A stretch of DNA of 64,000 nucleotides from positions 602,561-666,560 of the forward strand of contig AP026679.1 in the NCBI GenBank assembly GCA_025999155.1. Reading direction: 5' to 3'. Of this stretch, positions 31,301-40,498 are shown one piece after another. This DNA comes from Candidatus Dojkabacteria bacterium (GTDB lineage: Bacteria; Patescibacteriota; Dojkabacteria; JAOAGR01). Each line of letters opens with the position of its first letter. The stretch's first letter is position 1. Made by a program: the position numbers and the translations under genes. A model generated the notes under the pieces. The model did not search any database. It was not told the origin of the DNA and saw nothing but the letters and a program-made list of their open reading frames with translations.

Positions 31301-31419
31301 AAGTTTTAGAGCAAGATTTAAAGATGACTTATGAGTCAATCTTATCATTTGATTTTTCTAGAACAGAAGATCGTGGCATTTGTAAAAATTGTCCTTTTCG
31401 TAATCATTGTGGGAGATAA
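28339..31419 (+). CDS. UvrD/PcrA-family helicase fused to a C-terminal RecB/AddB-type PD-(D/E)XK nuclease with an iron-staple Cys cluster
   Basis: Walker A LAGPGTGKTQV, DEFQDTN (motif II), TNYRS; C-terminal GRIDLLAEDDYGLVVIDFKTS nuclease motif; cysteines KYQKCHYKF ... CKNCPFRNHC. Confidence 0.7.
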   Translation: MQDLFLQKYNELNENQKKAVDKIYGPVLVLAGPGTGKTQVLALRIANILRQTGDDPKSILCLTFQESSVFAMQKRLEKFIGAAAYKVQISTFHSFCSEIIRTFPELFDFSDKVEPVKDIDKLSIFADILESESLISLQMRGDKLGYFKGIADAISNLKKEFISPNQFLEIIRSFEASLDSDALKREQKRLEKLYDLQKFYVKYLEVMQNRNLIDFDDMIFRVTEQFSINESLVKFFQEKYLYTLVDEFQDTNNAQLEVLKAVARFEYLDTNVFAVGDDDQTIFRFQGVNSKNFERFLELFPKSEIIVLQTNYRSKQEIIDAASNLIANNPNRLVDHELLKSRNLNKNFTSGYKNSDFSDDIEVHIFEHSFHEDYWIGQKILELSKQGIKLNDIAIIVRKNNQMPNITKFLDRFGIPYTIKRSESLLASKYIRHLLLIVEVIASADALQDDNKMWQLLSLEYFGFNAFDVLELLHKAKKSKVSIYDFVVNDTTDQYLSIRELIHKLIALQNYALNNSFAFTFVKIIHTLELLKFFEKLPDPYVELNKISSLYQYIQSRTNFLKKYSIHDFLTEVKLMEDRDIPLPVDPIDIDLDNKVNIITAHSAKGLEFRKVFIYQAVENKWEKYRGLNTGIKLPPLNTPRFTDDTDNTEIDERRLFYVAVTRGKDSVYVTYSKRYFDAETGEVDTDEKTPSRFISEMNVSKHIEHTDLVQKHLEITKLLLEENSPLQISDQNKSYLRKLITQDLSLSATRINKYQKCHYKFLLEDIYKVPVYDSVHAILGNLVHDGIRSMYIKRNHGRLNDDALFEIINSQIQNLQHRLDLGMIIEEQTSYDVLKNDLEKSLKIYYEYLLHNPIKYLRSEQWIRGVIDGIKIIGRIDLLAEDDYGLVVIDFKTSQNIPSIYEFLGLGKRSDKTHLRQILFYKLLIDSAINHVTLFKNKSVNRLRLEYIDIKAGTVKVIEVPTQGIFEYKLRSNSKTTKLHDIDMEIKVLEQDLKMTYESILSFDFSRTEDRGICKNCPFRNHCGR

Positions 31420-31476
31420 TTTGTAATTATGATCTGCGAGTTGTTAAACTACATATATATTTATTAAGAATTAAAT

Positions 31477-32142
31477 ATGGGGAACGATGTGATAAATCAA
31501 AGTAACTCATTTTATTTGACACCTGAGCCTGAATCTAAGATAAAGATTTTTCTTCGTAGAATTTTTAGTCGAATAGGATGTGTGTTCCAGGTTTTGGTGA
31601 TTTTGGTGTGTGTATTAGCTTTGCTGTATTTATTTATATTCCCTGTGAACATAGTTAATGGTAGATCTATGGATCCAAATTTTTGTTCGAATGATGTTTA
31701 TTTGACTTATAAACTGAATATGTATTTTTCAGACCAGCCTTTACAGGTTGGTAATGTCATAGCTTTCAAACACTCGGAAGGAAGTTATTTTATAAAAAGA
31801 GTTATCGGTATACCTGGTGATGAAATAATGATCTTGAATGGTAAAGTCTATCGAAACGGCTTGGTATTAGAAGAACCTTATTTACCAGATGGCCGATATA
31901 CTGCGACTAAACCGGGTGGTTTCATTAATGAAGGGGAAGTTGTGAAAATACCAAAAGGCAAGTATTTTGTGTTAGGTGATAACAGACAACATAGCATGGA
32001 TTCAAGAGATTTTGGGCCTATTGACTTGCTAGCGAATGAAATAAATGGTCATGTGGTATTTGTAATTTGGCCTTTAAGTCGAATGCGATTTTTCAGTGAA
32101 AATCAAGCTTTTCCAGAGAACGAATGCGCTAATATCAATTGA
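31477..32142 (+). CDS. lepB: signal peptidase I (S26)
   Basis: NGRSMDPNF (catalytic Ser), FIKRVIGIPGDEI, VLGDNRQHSMDSRDFGPI (catalytic Lys box region). Confidence 0.85.
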   Translation: MGNDVINQSNSFYLTPEPESKIKIFLRRIFSRIGCVFQVLVILVCVLALLYLFIFPVNIVNGRSMDPNFCSNDVYLTYKLNMYFSDQPLQVGNVIAFKHSEGSYFIKRVIGIPGDEIMILNGKVYRNGLVLEEPYLPDGRYTATKPGGFINEGEVVKIPKGKYFVLGDNRQHSMDSRDFGPIDLLANEINGHVVFVIWPLSRMRFFSENQAFPENECANIN

Positions 32143-34106
32143 TATTTGAATATTCAATGTCTGATTTAGACCGGTTAAAAGGTATTGGTGACCGAACACT
32201 TAAAAAACTTGCAAAATTAGGCATCTTTTCGATAAGGGATTTGGTGTATCATTTCCCACGTAAGTTTATTGATCGTCGTCGTGGTTTGAGGATTGCTGAT
32301 TTATTGTCTATCGACAATGAAGATTATCATAGTATTGGGCATATTATTAAGTTACAAGGAATACGTTCCAAAACAGGTAAACCTTTGACTAAAGCTATTA
32401 TAAAAGATGAAACTTCCTCAATTAACGTAATATGGTTTAATAGCCATTATGTAAAAAAAATCGTTGATGTAGGTGATCGAGTAATCATCTCAGGATTGTG
32501 CGAAAAGGGGCGTCTCATCAATCCTAAGATTCGTAAATATACAAGTGATCAGGATTTAAAAGAATTTGCAATTCTTGAGGCTATTTATCCAGAGACTAAA
32601 AGTCTTTCTTCAAAAGTGCTAGCGAATTTAATCAAACATATTTTTGATTTTAATCTGTTTCGTGAAGATGAAATATTATCTCCAATGATAATGCAAGCAG
32701 AAAATCTAATGGATATTAATTCTGCATTAAGAACCATGCATTTTCCTCAAGACATACAATCTTGGCATAGGGCACGAGAAAGGATAGCTTTTGATGAGAT
32801 TTATCGTATTTTATTAGAAGTGAAACAACGTAAGGAAGAAGCCGTAAAATATCAATCATTTAAATTCTCTATTGATGAGGTAGCTCATACAAAATTGATG
32901 GAGTCATTGCCCTTTACATTGACGGACTCTCAAGCTAATGCGATACAAGAAATATATACAGACCTACAAAAATCAATCCCCATGCATCGGTTATTAAATG
33001 GAGATGTTGGTTCAGGTAAAACTATAGTTGCAGCGTTTGCAGCAATGCAGGCTATTTGTAATAATAAGCAAGTTATTTTTCTAGCTCCTACTAGTATTCT
33101 TGCGAGCCAACATTACCAGTTTTTTCAAAAAATATTTCAAGATTTTGATGTAAATATACATCTGATAACCTCAAATACTAAATCAAACGTAGCAAAACTA
33201 AGGAAACACGGTAACCGTTTGGGGGACAAGGAGATTTTTATAGGAACTCATGCTTTGCTTTTTAATATGGACTTATTTCATAATGTCGGTCTTGTTATTA
33301 TTGATGAACAGCATAAATTTGGAGTGAAACAGAGGGAAACTCTTGAGATGCTCAGATTAGAATCGAATCTAGTCTGCTTACCTCACGTCTTATCTATGTC
33401 CGCTACTCCTATTCCGAGGACTTTGGCTTTAACTTTATATGGAGATTTAGATGTTTCTATTCTTTATAAGCCTAGCGTCAGAAAGCATGTTATAACAAAA
33501 TGTATTTATGATGAGGATATTCAAGAAAAAATGTATGAGTGGATTCGTCATGAAATTCGGACGAAAAAATATCAGGTATATGTAATATGTCCTTTAATTG
33601 AAGAATCAGAAAAATCGGATATGAAATCCGCGATACAGGAATATAACAATCTACAAAAACGCTATCCAGAATTCAATATAGCTCTTCTACATGGTAAAAT
33701 GAAAGGCTCTGTAAAAGATCAGATAATTCAGGATTTTAGAGAGGGAAAGATTAATATTTTAGTATCAACGTCTGTAATAGAAGTTGGTATAGATAATCCT
33801 AATGCGGTAATTATGATAGTGGAAGGTGCTGATAGGTTCGGACTTGCTCAGTTACATCAAATTAGGGGACGAGTTGGACGTTCTGATATTCAGTCATATT
33901 GTTTTTTGAAGACAACAAATAATATCAGAGCACCACATTTAGAATTTTTTGCAGAAAACCATGATGGATTTATTGTAGCTGAATATGACTTGCAAAGACG
34001 TGGCCCTGGAGAAGTGTACGGCTATGTTCAATCTGGTATTCCAAAGCTTAAAGTTGCTAATATTTTGGATGTAGATTTTATTAAAAGGGTTAAACAGTAT
34101 CTATAA
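32139..34106 (+). CDS. recG: ATP-dependent DNA helicase RecG
   Basis: Wedge/OB N-terminus, LPFTLTDSQANAI, GDVGSGKTIVAAFA, DEQHKFGV, helicase C-terminal QLHQIRGRVGR. ATGA overlap with lepB. Confidence 0.85.
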   Translation: MIFEYSMSDLDRLKGIGDRTLKKLAKLGIFSIRDLVYHFPRKFIDRRRGLRIADLLSIDNEDYHSIGHIIKLQGIRSKTGKPLTKAIIKDETSSINVIWFNSHYVKKIVDVGDRVIISGLCEKGRLINPKIRKYTSDQDLKEFAILEAIYPETKSLSSKVLANLIKHIFDFNLFREDEILSPMIMQAENLMDINSALRTMHFPQDIQSWHRARERIAFDEIYRILLEVKQRKEEAVKYQSFKFSIDEVAHTKLMESLPFTLTDSQANAIQEIYTDLQKSIPMHRLLNGDVGSGKTIVAAFAAMQAICNNKQVIFLAPTSILASQHYQFFQKIFQDFDVNIHLITSNTKSNVAKLRKHGNRLGDKEIFIGTHALLFNMDLFHNVGLVIIDEQHKFGVKQRETLEMLRLESNLVCLPHVLSMSATPIPRTLALTLYGDLDVSILYKPSVRKHVITKCIYDEDIQEKMYEWIRHEIRTKKYQVYVICPLIEESEKSDMKSAIQEYNNLQKRYPEFNIALLHGKMKGSVKDQIIQDFREGKINILVSTSVIEVGIDNPNAVIMIVEGADRFGLAQLHQIRGRVGRSDIQSYCFLKTTNNIRAPHLEFFAENHDGFIVAEYDLQRRGPGEVYGYVQSGIPKLKVANILDVDFIKRVKQYL

Positions 34107-34841
34107 TGATTTATATATTTCAATTTGTTCGTTCATGTAAAGTTTGACTGTTCTTGCCCAAATTCTATTGTTTTCAGGCAATGCGCAAGGAGGACAGTAT
34201 CTAGCCATCATTTTTTCTGGGTCGAAGTTCGTATCCGAATATCCTTCTGCTATACCACGCGAAACTTGGTCAACAGCGTCTTCCCAGGATGCAAAGTAAC
34301 TCCACCTACCATATTTACTTCCTCCACTCCATCCCCATGCATTATATGATGAAATATTACGATAATAAGGTATTAATCGTCCAAAAGCAGACTCAATACC
34401 TGATATTGCTGGTAATAAATACCATTTATCGCCAAAACCATATTTATCTGCGCTTTCTACAAATGTTCTAGCTACACTTGGTTGTGCCATTGGTGATTTA
34501 TATTTTTCAAGAAATATAAGCAATGCTACTACACGCTTATCTCCTGCCATATTTGACGTAGATATGTTGGTTAAGCTAAGAGGTACATTTCCAGCTAAAC
34601 TTTGATTAAGCGCAATCACTTCTTCGTAGTTATTACCCAGCCCAAAACCGATTGCTTCAGCTTTCTCTGATCGATTGTAATAAACGATGGTAGAAAGAGA
34701 GACTAATAGAGCGAGCACAATCAGACTGGTTACAATCGAACGAACGCGCTTAGAAAACTGATTTTGATAGCGATGATTAATACCGTTCCTTATTTCTAGT
34801 AATTTGATTGGATTGACTCGGTCTTCAATCAAGTTATTCAT
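34101..34841 (-). CDS. membrane-anchored putative peptidoglycan N-acetylglucosaminidase (GH73/FlgJ-like)
   Basis: N-terminal TM IVTSLIVLALLVSLSTIVYY; LLPAISGIESAFG resembles the GH73 catalytic ESGWG region; YNAWGW, FASWEDAVDQ. Confidence 0.35.
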   Translation of the reverse strand: MNNLIEDRVNPIKLLEIRNGINHRYQNQFSKRVRSIVTSLIVLALLVSLSTIVYYNRSEKAEAIGFGLGNNYEEVIALNQSLAGNVPLSLTNISTSNMAGDKRVVALLIFLEKYKSPMAQPSVARTFVESADKYGFGDKWYLLPAISGIESAFGRLIPYYRNISSYNAWGWSGGSKYGRWSYFASWEDAVDQVSRGIAEGYSDTNFDPEKMMARYCPPCALPENNRIWARTVKLYMNEQIEIYKSL

Positions 34842-34957
34842 ATCTGTATATAATATACGATAGAGTTTTTTTAAAAAAAGTAAAGTATCTTATACTTTTG
34901 AAACATACGGCAATTTTGTATGATGGTACAACAGATTTGATTAGAGATTGAGAGAGT

Positions 34958-36439
34958 ATGCAGCTATATAAATATAGAGTGATCAACGATGAAAATCTAA
35001 TTTCATACGTTCAGGGTTTTACTTCAACTCAAGTAATTTGGCAGGATTACATGTATGTTCCGACACGATCTCTTTTTGGCCAGGGAGATTTATATGACGA
35101 TAAACAGTTTGCACGTCTAATGTGTTTAACTGACGGAGAATATGCTCAATTAGTAGATAAGTTTTTGGGTCATTCGCAAAATAACGTCCACGATGATTTA
35201 GATTTACAAAGTAAAAGACATAAATTGGCGATGCTTGAGCAAAAGGCTAAATATAGCCGTTATCACATCAATAATCAACTTAGTCATATCTCTCGAGAAT
35301 TAGCTGATCTTGAAAAGTATCTGCATCCTTATCTAGGCCTGCTAGAAAAGGAAAAACATATATTAAATGCATATTCGCGATACAGACATTTGTCTAGATT
35401 TAATTTACAAAAAATTTATGAAGATTTAGTATCGATAAATTCAAAAATATCCGCGCTTGAATCTCAGTACTTGGAGCTCAAAGCGAAATCGATCAAACAA
35501 AATATAGTTAAATTTGAATCCGATAAAGGCAAAATAGCCCTTGGAATAGGAACATTAATAGGGATGGGCTTATTTGGAAGCGTTTTCTACATTCTCCGGA
35601 GTTCGGTCTGGATATATATGGCGATTTGGTCTATTGGTATAGTACTAGGATTATTATTTATTCTATTTTCACAACATAAAGTTGAAGAGGTAAACTTTGA
35701 TTTACGCAAGATAAATCCTGATTCAGTATTAAGAGAAATAGAAATGCTACAGGCTCGTCGTAATCAAATTTTAAATTTACTAAATTTGCATTCTGCGGAT
35801 GAGTTTTTCTTTATTAAGGCTCAATTAGCTGGCATACAAAAAGAATTAGATTATATTAGAGCTCAGAAAGAGCTGCTGGCACAACAGTTCGATGCACAAA
35901 AATTGCTGTATCGAAAGAATGAGTTAGATAAGAGAAAAAATGAAATATTAATGCTCCAATACAAAGCCAACGATATTACAACTAAAGAAATGTATGAAGA
36001 ACTACAAAAAGAAATGCGTACTCTAAGACTGGCATTATCTGCGCATGTACACATACAAACAAAAGAAAATATACTGCAGCGCCTAAAAGAAATTCGTAAT
36101 GAGTTAAAAATGAATATGAGTGGTTTTACTAGAATGCTTCAGGATTTATTAGTAAATTACATTAACGAGATCAATTCAAAAATTATTGAAATATCTACAT
36201 TAGGTATTATTAACCCTTTCAATATCGATCAAAACTTCTCAAGTTGGGATCAGTTGTCACTTTCACAGCGCGTCCTTTTATACTATTTACTTTCTAAAAG
36301 GCTATATACAGGAGTTTTGTTTCTAATTTTTGAATATTTTTTGGCTTCCAATGATGATCCCGAAAGGATCTATGTTGAAAAATTGATTAATTATTTCAAT
36401 AATGATAGTGACTTAAATCTCGTTATGTTAGAAATTTGA
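34958..36439 (+). CDS. coiled-coil protein with a central TM hairpin, unknown function
   Basis: 493 aa; two adjacent hydrophobic helices (IALGIGTLIGMGLFGSVFYIL / IYMAIWSIGIVLGLLFILF) flanked by long heptad-rich segments. Confidence 0.4.
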   Translation: MQLYKYRVINDENLISYVQGFTSTQVIWQDYMYVPTRSLFGQGDLYDDKQFARLMCLTDGEYAQLVDKFLGHSQNNVHDDLDLQSKRHKLAMLEQKAKYSRYHINNQLSHISRELADLEKYLHPYLGLLEKEKHILNAYSRYRHLSRFNLQKIYEDLVSINSKISALESQYLELKAKSIKQNIVKFESDKGKIALGIGTLIGMGLFGSVFYILRSSVWIYMAIWSIGIVLGLLFILFSQHKVEEVNFDLRKINPDSVLREIEMLQARRNQILNLLNLHSADEFFFIKAQLAGIQKELDYIRAQKELLAQQFDAQKLLYRKNELDKRKNEILMLQYKANDITTKEMYEELQKEMRTLRLALSAHVHIQTKENILQRLKEIRNELKMNMSGFTRMLQDLLVNYINEINSKIIEISTLGIINPFNIDQNFSSWDQLSLSQRVLLYYLLSKRLYTGVLFLIFEYFLASNDDPERIYVEKLINYFNNDSDLNLVMLEI

Positions 36440-36453
36440 TTTTAATTTTGCCG

Positions 36454-38103
36454 ATGGTACAGATGTATAAATATTTGTACAAGTTATTGCTGGTATTTCT
36501 TGTTTTGTTGGCTCCAGGATTACCTCATCAGGCAAAAGCAAATAGTATTGGAGAATACAGTGCTCGGATAGAAGAAGTTAAACGTAAGCAAAATGAAACT
36601 CGTAATAAAATAAATCAGATCAATAAGACTATTCGTTCGATCACATCAACCATAAATAGTTTATCTGCCCAACTTGCTGCGTTACGTGAAGAAAAAACTA
36701 AATTAGAGGAACAAGTAAAGCTTTTTAATCAGCAAATTGAAGATCAGGAGCGTAATATTCAGGAATTTGAAAATGCTATTAAGCAAAGAGAAGCTGACGT
36801 TAAAGCCAAAGTTAATTATCTATACAAACTCAGCTTTAACAACCCAAATAGCATCCTATCTGATGAAGGAGATTTAAAAGATTTTTTTGATAAGCAATTC
36901 CAAACTAACTTCTTAATAGATCTATATACTAAAGAAATTAAAGAATTTTACGAAAAACTCGAATATGCAAAAAAATTAAGGGAACAGTTAAGCGAGGATA
37001 AAAAATTCGCCGAAGTTTCTATAAAAGATCTAGACGAAAAAATAGCATCTATTAATGATACTATTGTGCAAAATCGTGTAGCTCTTGGTCAGGCTACTCA
37101 AACTCGCAATGCTTTGAATGCTGAATTAAATACTTTGTCTGGACAGTTGCAATTTTTATCTGCAGAGCGACAAAGACTGTTACAAGCAGAATTGAACAAA
37201 ATGAGCTCAGTTGGTCAAGTTCCTAAGAGGCCTCTTGTTCCTGGTCAGTATTACTTTGAAGGTAGGGGAAGAGATCGAGTGGACGGGCATGGTTTAGGTA
37301 TGTCTCAATGGGGAGCTTATGGAATGGCTGAAAAAGGTTTTACCTATGATCAAATCCTGACGTTTTATTATCCTGGTACCGTCATTGGTGATTATAATGA
37401 ACCTGAAAAGGTTATAGTTGACGAAAATCGTGAATTATCTATCGATGAATATTTAGCTGGCATTGGGGAGGTCCCAAATAACTGGCCTGATGAAGCTATA
37501 AAAGCACAAATAGTTGCTGCGCGTACTTATCTGATGGGAGTTTGTGGATCACAAAAAGTATGTCGTATTTGTGGATCTGATAGATGTCAGGTATATGTGG
37601 GAGGTGAAGGTAAAATGCCTTTTGTACAAGCAACTAAAGGCAAAGTAATTTTATATAATAATGAGCCTATTGTTGCATATTATAGTGCTAGTCACAGGGG
37701 ATGTAGTAGTAAAATAAGCACAGTTTGGGGAGGCAGTGATCTACCATACATACAGACTGTGAGGGACGATAATTATGCCGAAAAAGACTATTACACTGAA
37801 AATCCTTACCCAGGAGAACAAAATCGAATTTATCCATATAACTGGAAATGGAGGACTAATAGCTACACTTTTAGTGATTTGAAAGATGTATTTGACCGTC
37901 ATGAAAAATTAAGAGTAGGTGATGTAGTATCTGTAGAGATTCTACATGTAGATGAGTGTGGTAGGGTTGGTAGGATAAGGATAAAAGGTACAGAAGGTGA
38001 GAAAACTCTAACTGGTTGGGATTTTCGAGCTATTTTTAATGAAGTCACTCCGTTTAATGATTTTGTCTACAGTACGGAATTTGTGTTTAAAAAAGTCGAG
38101 TAA
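36454..38103 (+). CDS. secreted coiled-coil protein with C-terminal SpoIID/LytB domain
   Basis: Signal peptide MVQMYKYLYKLLLVFLVLLAPGLPHQAKA; about 230 aa of coiled coil; SpoIID motif GRGRDRVDGHGLGMSQWGAYGMAEKGFTYDQILTFYYPGT. Confidence 0.65.
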   Translation: MVQMYKYLYKLLLVFLVLLAPGLPHQAKANSIGEYSARIEEVKRKQNETRNKINQINKTIRSITSTINSLSAQLAALREEKTKLEEQVKLFNQQIEDQERNIQEFENAIKQREADVKAKVNYLYKLSFNNPNSILSDEGDLKDFFDKQFQTNFLIDLYTKEIKEFYEKLEYAKKLREQLSEDKKFAEVSIKDLDEKIASINDTIVQNRVALGQATQTRNALNAELNTLSGQLQFLSAERQRLLQAELNKMSSVGQVPKRPLVPGQYYFEGRGRDRVDGHGLGMSQWGAYGMAEKGFTYDQILTFYYPGTVIGDYNEPEKVIVDENRELSIDEYLAGIGEVPNNWPDEAIKAQIVAARTYLMGVCGSQKVCRICGSDRCQVYVGGEGKMPFVQATKGKVILYNNEPIVAYYSASHRGCSSKISTVWGGSDLPYIQTVRDDNYAEKDYYTENPYPGEQNRIYPYNWKWRTNSYTFSDLKDVFDRHEKLRVGDVVSVEILHVDECGRVGRIRIKGTEGEKTLTGWDFRAIFNEVTPFNDFVYSTEFVFKKVE

Positions 38104-38136
38104 AAGAGTTTGGAGTCCGATTTGTAGAAGTTTAGC

Positions 38137-38841
38137 TTGAAGAATTATGCTATAATAGATTATATGCCTGTGGATAGTAGTGGCAGAAAACTCGACTCTG
38201 GAGTTGACCAGAATGCCAATGTACAGTTGGTGTACCCTCAACAACTAAAAACGGTAGGCGGTCTGACTTCGTTAGCATCGTTTCCGTCCAATATAGGCAT
38301 TGACGGACAAAATAAAGACGAGTACATATTACTCTTTATCCGTGAACATAAGGTAATATTGGTGATTAACTTAGTCATATACTTGGTTGTATTTACATTA
38401 CCATTTTGGATTAAGGAAATTAGTTTATATATGGATAATAGTCTTTTAAATGGTTTTTTTCATATTGAAGCTTTCTTTAATACAAAATGGTGGTTGATAC
38501 TGTTGATTGGATGGACATCTTATATACTGAGTGGAATTTTTAATATATTTTTTAAATGGTTTTATAATATCAACATATTAACAACTGAGAGGTTTATTGA
38601 CATAGATTTTGAGAGTATATTTTCTAATCATATCGAAAGTACTCCTATACTCGAAATTCAAGATGTCAAAGATTCTCAGGTAGGCATTTTGCAATCAATA
38701 TTTGATATGGGTAATTTGACTATGTTGACGGCGTCTGGAGGAACAGTATTTAATTTGAGCAATGTTCCAAAAGCTTATAAAATCCGTGATTTTATCATGG
38801 ATGTGGCTATTTTAGTAAAGAATCTTAAAGGTAAGAATTAA
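38137..38841 (+). CDS. membrane protein with bacterial PH-like (YdbS/YdbT-type) domain
   Basis: Two TM helices, then ILEIQDVKDSQVGILQSIFDMGNLTM..GGTVFNLSNVPKAYKIRDFI. Confidence 0.35.
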   Translation: MKNYAIIDYMPVDSSGRKLDSGVDQNANVQLVYPQQLKTVGGLTSLASFPSNIGIDGQNKDEYILLFIREHKVILVINLVIYLVVFTLPFWIKEISLYMDNSLLNGFFHIEAFFNTKWWLILLIGWTSYILSGIFNIFFKWFYNINILTTERFIDIDFESIFSNHIESTPILEIQDVKDSQVGILQSIFDMGNLTMLTASGGTVFNLSNVPKAYKIRDFIMDVAILVKNLKGKN

Positions 38842-38847
38842 CGAATT

Positions 38848-39090
38848 ATGAATCTTGGAAGGCTCGAAGATTTATTGATTAATCCTGATCAATTGGGAGG
38901 ATTGTTATTCAGTGCTGTAGTAATCTTTTTTTTCATCTATAGTGTAATTTTGTCGCTATTGCAGGTTCGACAGATTAACATTTTACAACGAAAAGTCAAC
39001 ACGCCATTCGATAACGGTATAAAAATCCTGACCTATATCTATTTGTTCGTACAGATCTTGCTATTTGTAATTGTTTTAGTATTACTGTAA
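38848..39090 (+). CDS. small two-TM membrane protein, hypothetical
   Basis: 80 aa, two hydrophobic helices; weak support. Confidence 0.25.
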   Translation: MNLGRLEDLLINPDQLGGLLFSAVVIFFFIYSVILSLLQVRQINILQRKVNTPFDNGIKILTYIYLFVQILLFVIVLVLL

Positions 39091-39099
39091 ATTATACAT

Positions 39100-40498
39100 A
39101 AGTTACAAATGGCAGGTGAAGTGGATCAAAATAAAATATTTCCTGTTATATTCAATCACAAGTTTACACAACAGACACTTTTTTCAGTTACAAATCTATT
39201 TCAGGCTGACGGTTATGAGGTGTTTGTGGCTAGCTAGCATATATACTAGCCAATATTATCGATCTTTGGCAGAGCATCTGGAGTTTGCGTTGAAAGCAGT
39301 TGGTTGCGTTCTTTACAGCGAGCGATACTAGACATTTTGGAAAGAATGAAAAAATCGATCTTTGACTCGGGTGATAGGCTAGCATCACGTCTGATCAGAT
39401 CTCGGCTATCCAGTAGATGATGTCGATTACAGTGTTTGCATGATCGCTCTTTCGTGATGGGAGTCTTTTATGTGTGGTTAGACGGGGAGTTGAATGTGCG
39501 CATATATCGTGGAGCAAAGTTCTATATTATTAAATAAAGCAATTAAAGCCGCAGTTTTTTGGGAGCGGCACTGCCGAGCTCGGTGATATTTTTGCGATTT
39601 CATACAATGATTTTGTGCGAGCCGAAGATGACAATATTGAGGCGTATGTATTGGACAGGAAAAAACACCTGAATACCCTATATTTCTGTTAGATTATCAA
39701 ATCGATGATACCCATTCTAGTCTGGACGCAATGCGTTGATCGTGTAGAGGCCGCACATGATGAATACTGGAGCATCCGTATTAGTCACAGGAAGCTGAAC
39801 AGGAAAAAGTATCCGTCAGCATAAGAGTGTGGCTAGAATCCGACAACAAGGCTAATGATCTGAAAGCCGTCTGATAAGCAGATCTTTTGGGCAGTGTGCA
39901 TACCCGTGACGTTTTACAAAAAGTAGTTGTGTATCTCTCCGAAAGGGATATTAGTGCTAAACTTTTGGCAATTTTTGATGTCTTTGGCTTCACACGTTGT
40001 TGATGCTATATTCAAAACGATATATGGCGGTAACTCACGCCAGATTTAAGCGTTTTCAGGTTAGCCCTCTGAAAGGGTTCAGTTGCAGTATGTCTTTGTT
40101 GTTATTATTTTTGATATCGGTCTGGGTATCTGATTGTTTTCTGGTGTGAATTCGTTTACTCAAACGAATCAAGCCTATGACTCAAGGAAATAACGTTATG
40201 ACTCAAAACAATAATGGTAGTCGTGACGCAAGTTTAAGCGAAATGAGATCGAGCTCGAGATATTCCGCATTGAATCAATTTAGCTGCAGCTTATCAAGTA
40301 GATGAGTTTAACCAAAAATTAGCAGACTTTCGCAGTCTCTTGGAATCCGCTAGCGCACAAGGTTTCAAGGACGATCTGGAATATATCAAGCAAATGCAGG
40401 CGAATGTCACCCAACTGGAGGATTCTGTGTATAAGGTCACTCCGATTGCTCAAGATGGATGAAGTATTTTCTGCTCGCAAATATACCTAATGTAGATA
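39100..40498. other. higher-GC (about 45%) stretch with only fragmentary reading frames; probable decayed gene(s)
   Basis: No ORF over 71 aa. Conserved-looking peptide runs (e.g. DEFNQKLADFRSLLESASAQGFKDDLEYIKQMQANVTQLEDSVYKVTPIAQDG) are broken across frames. Hairpins at 39221-39247 and 40143-40172. Confidence 0.4.
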
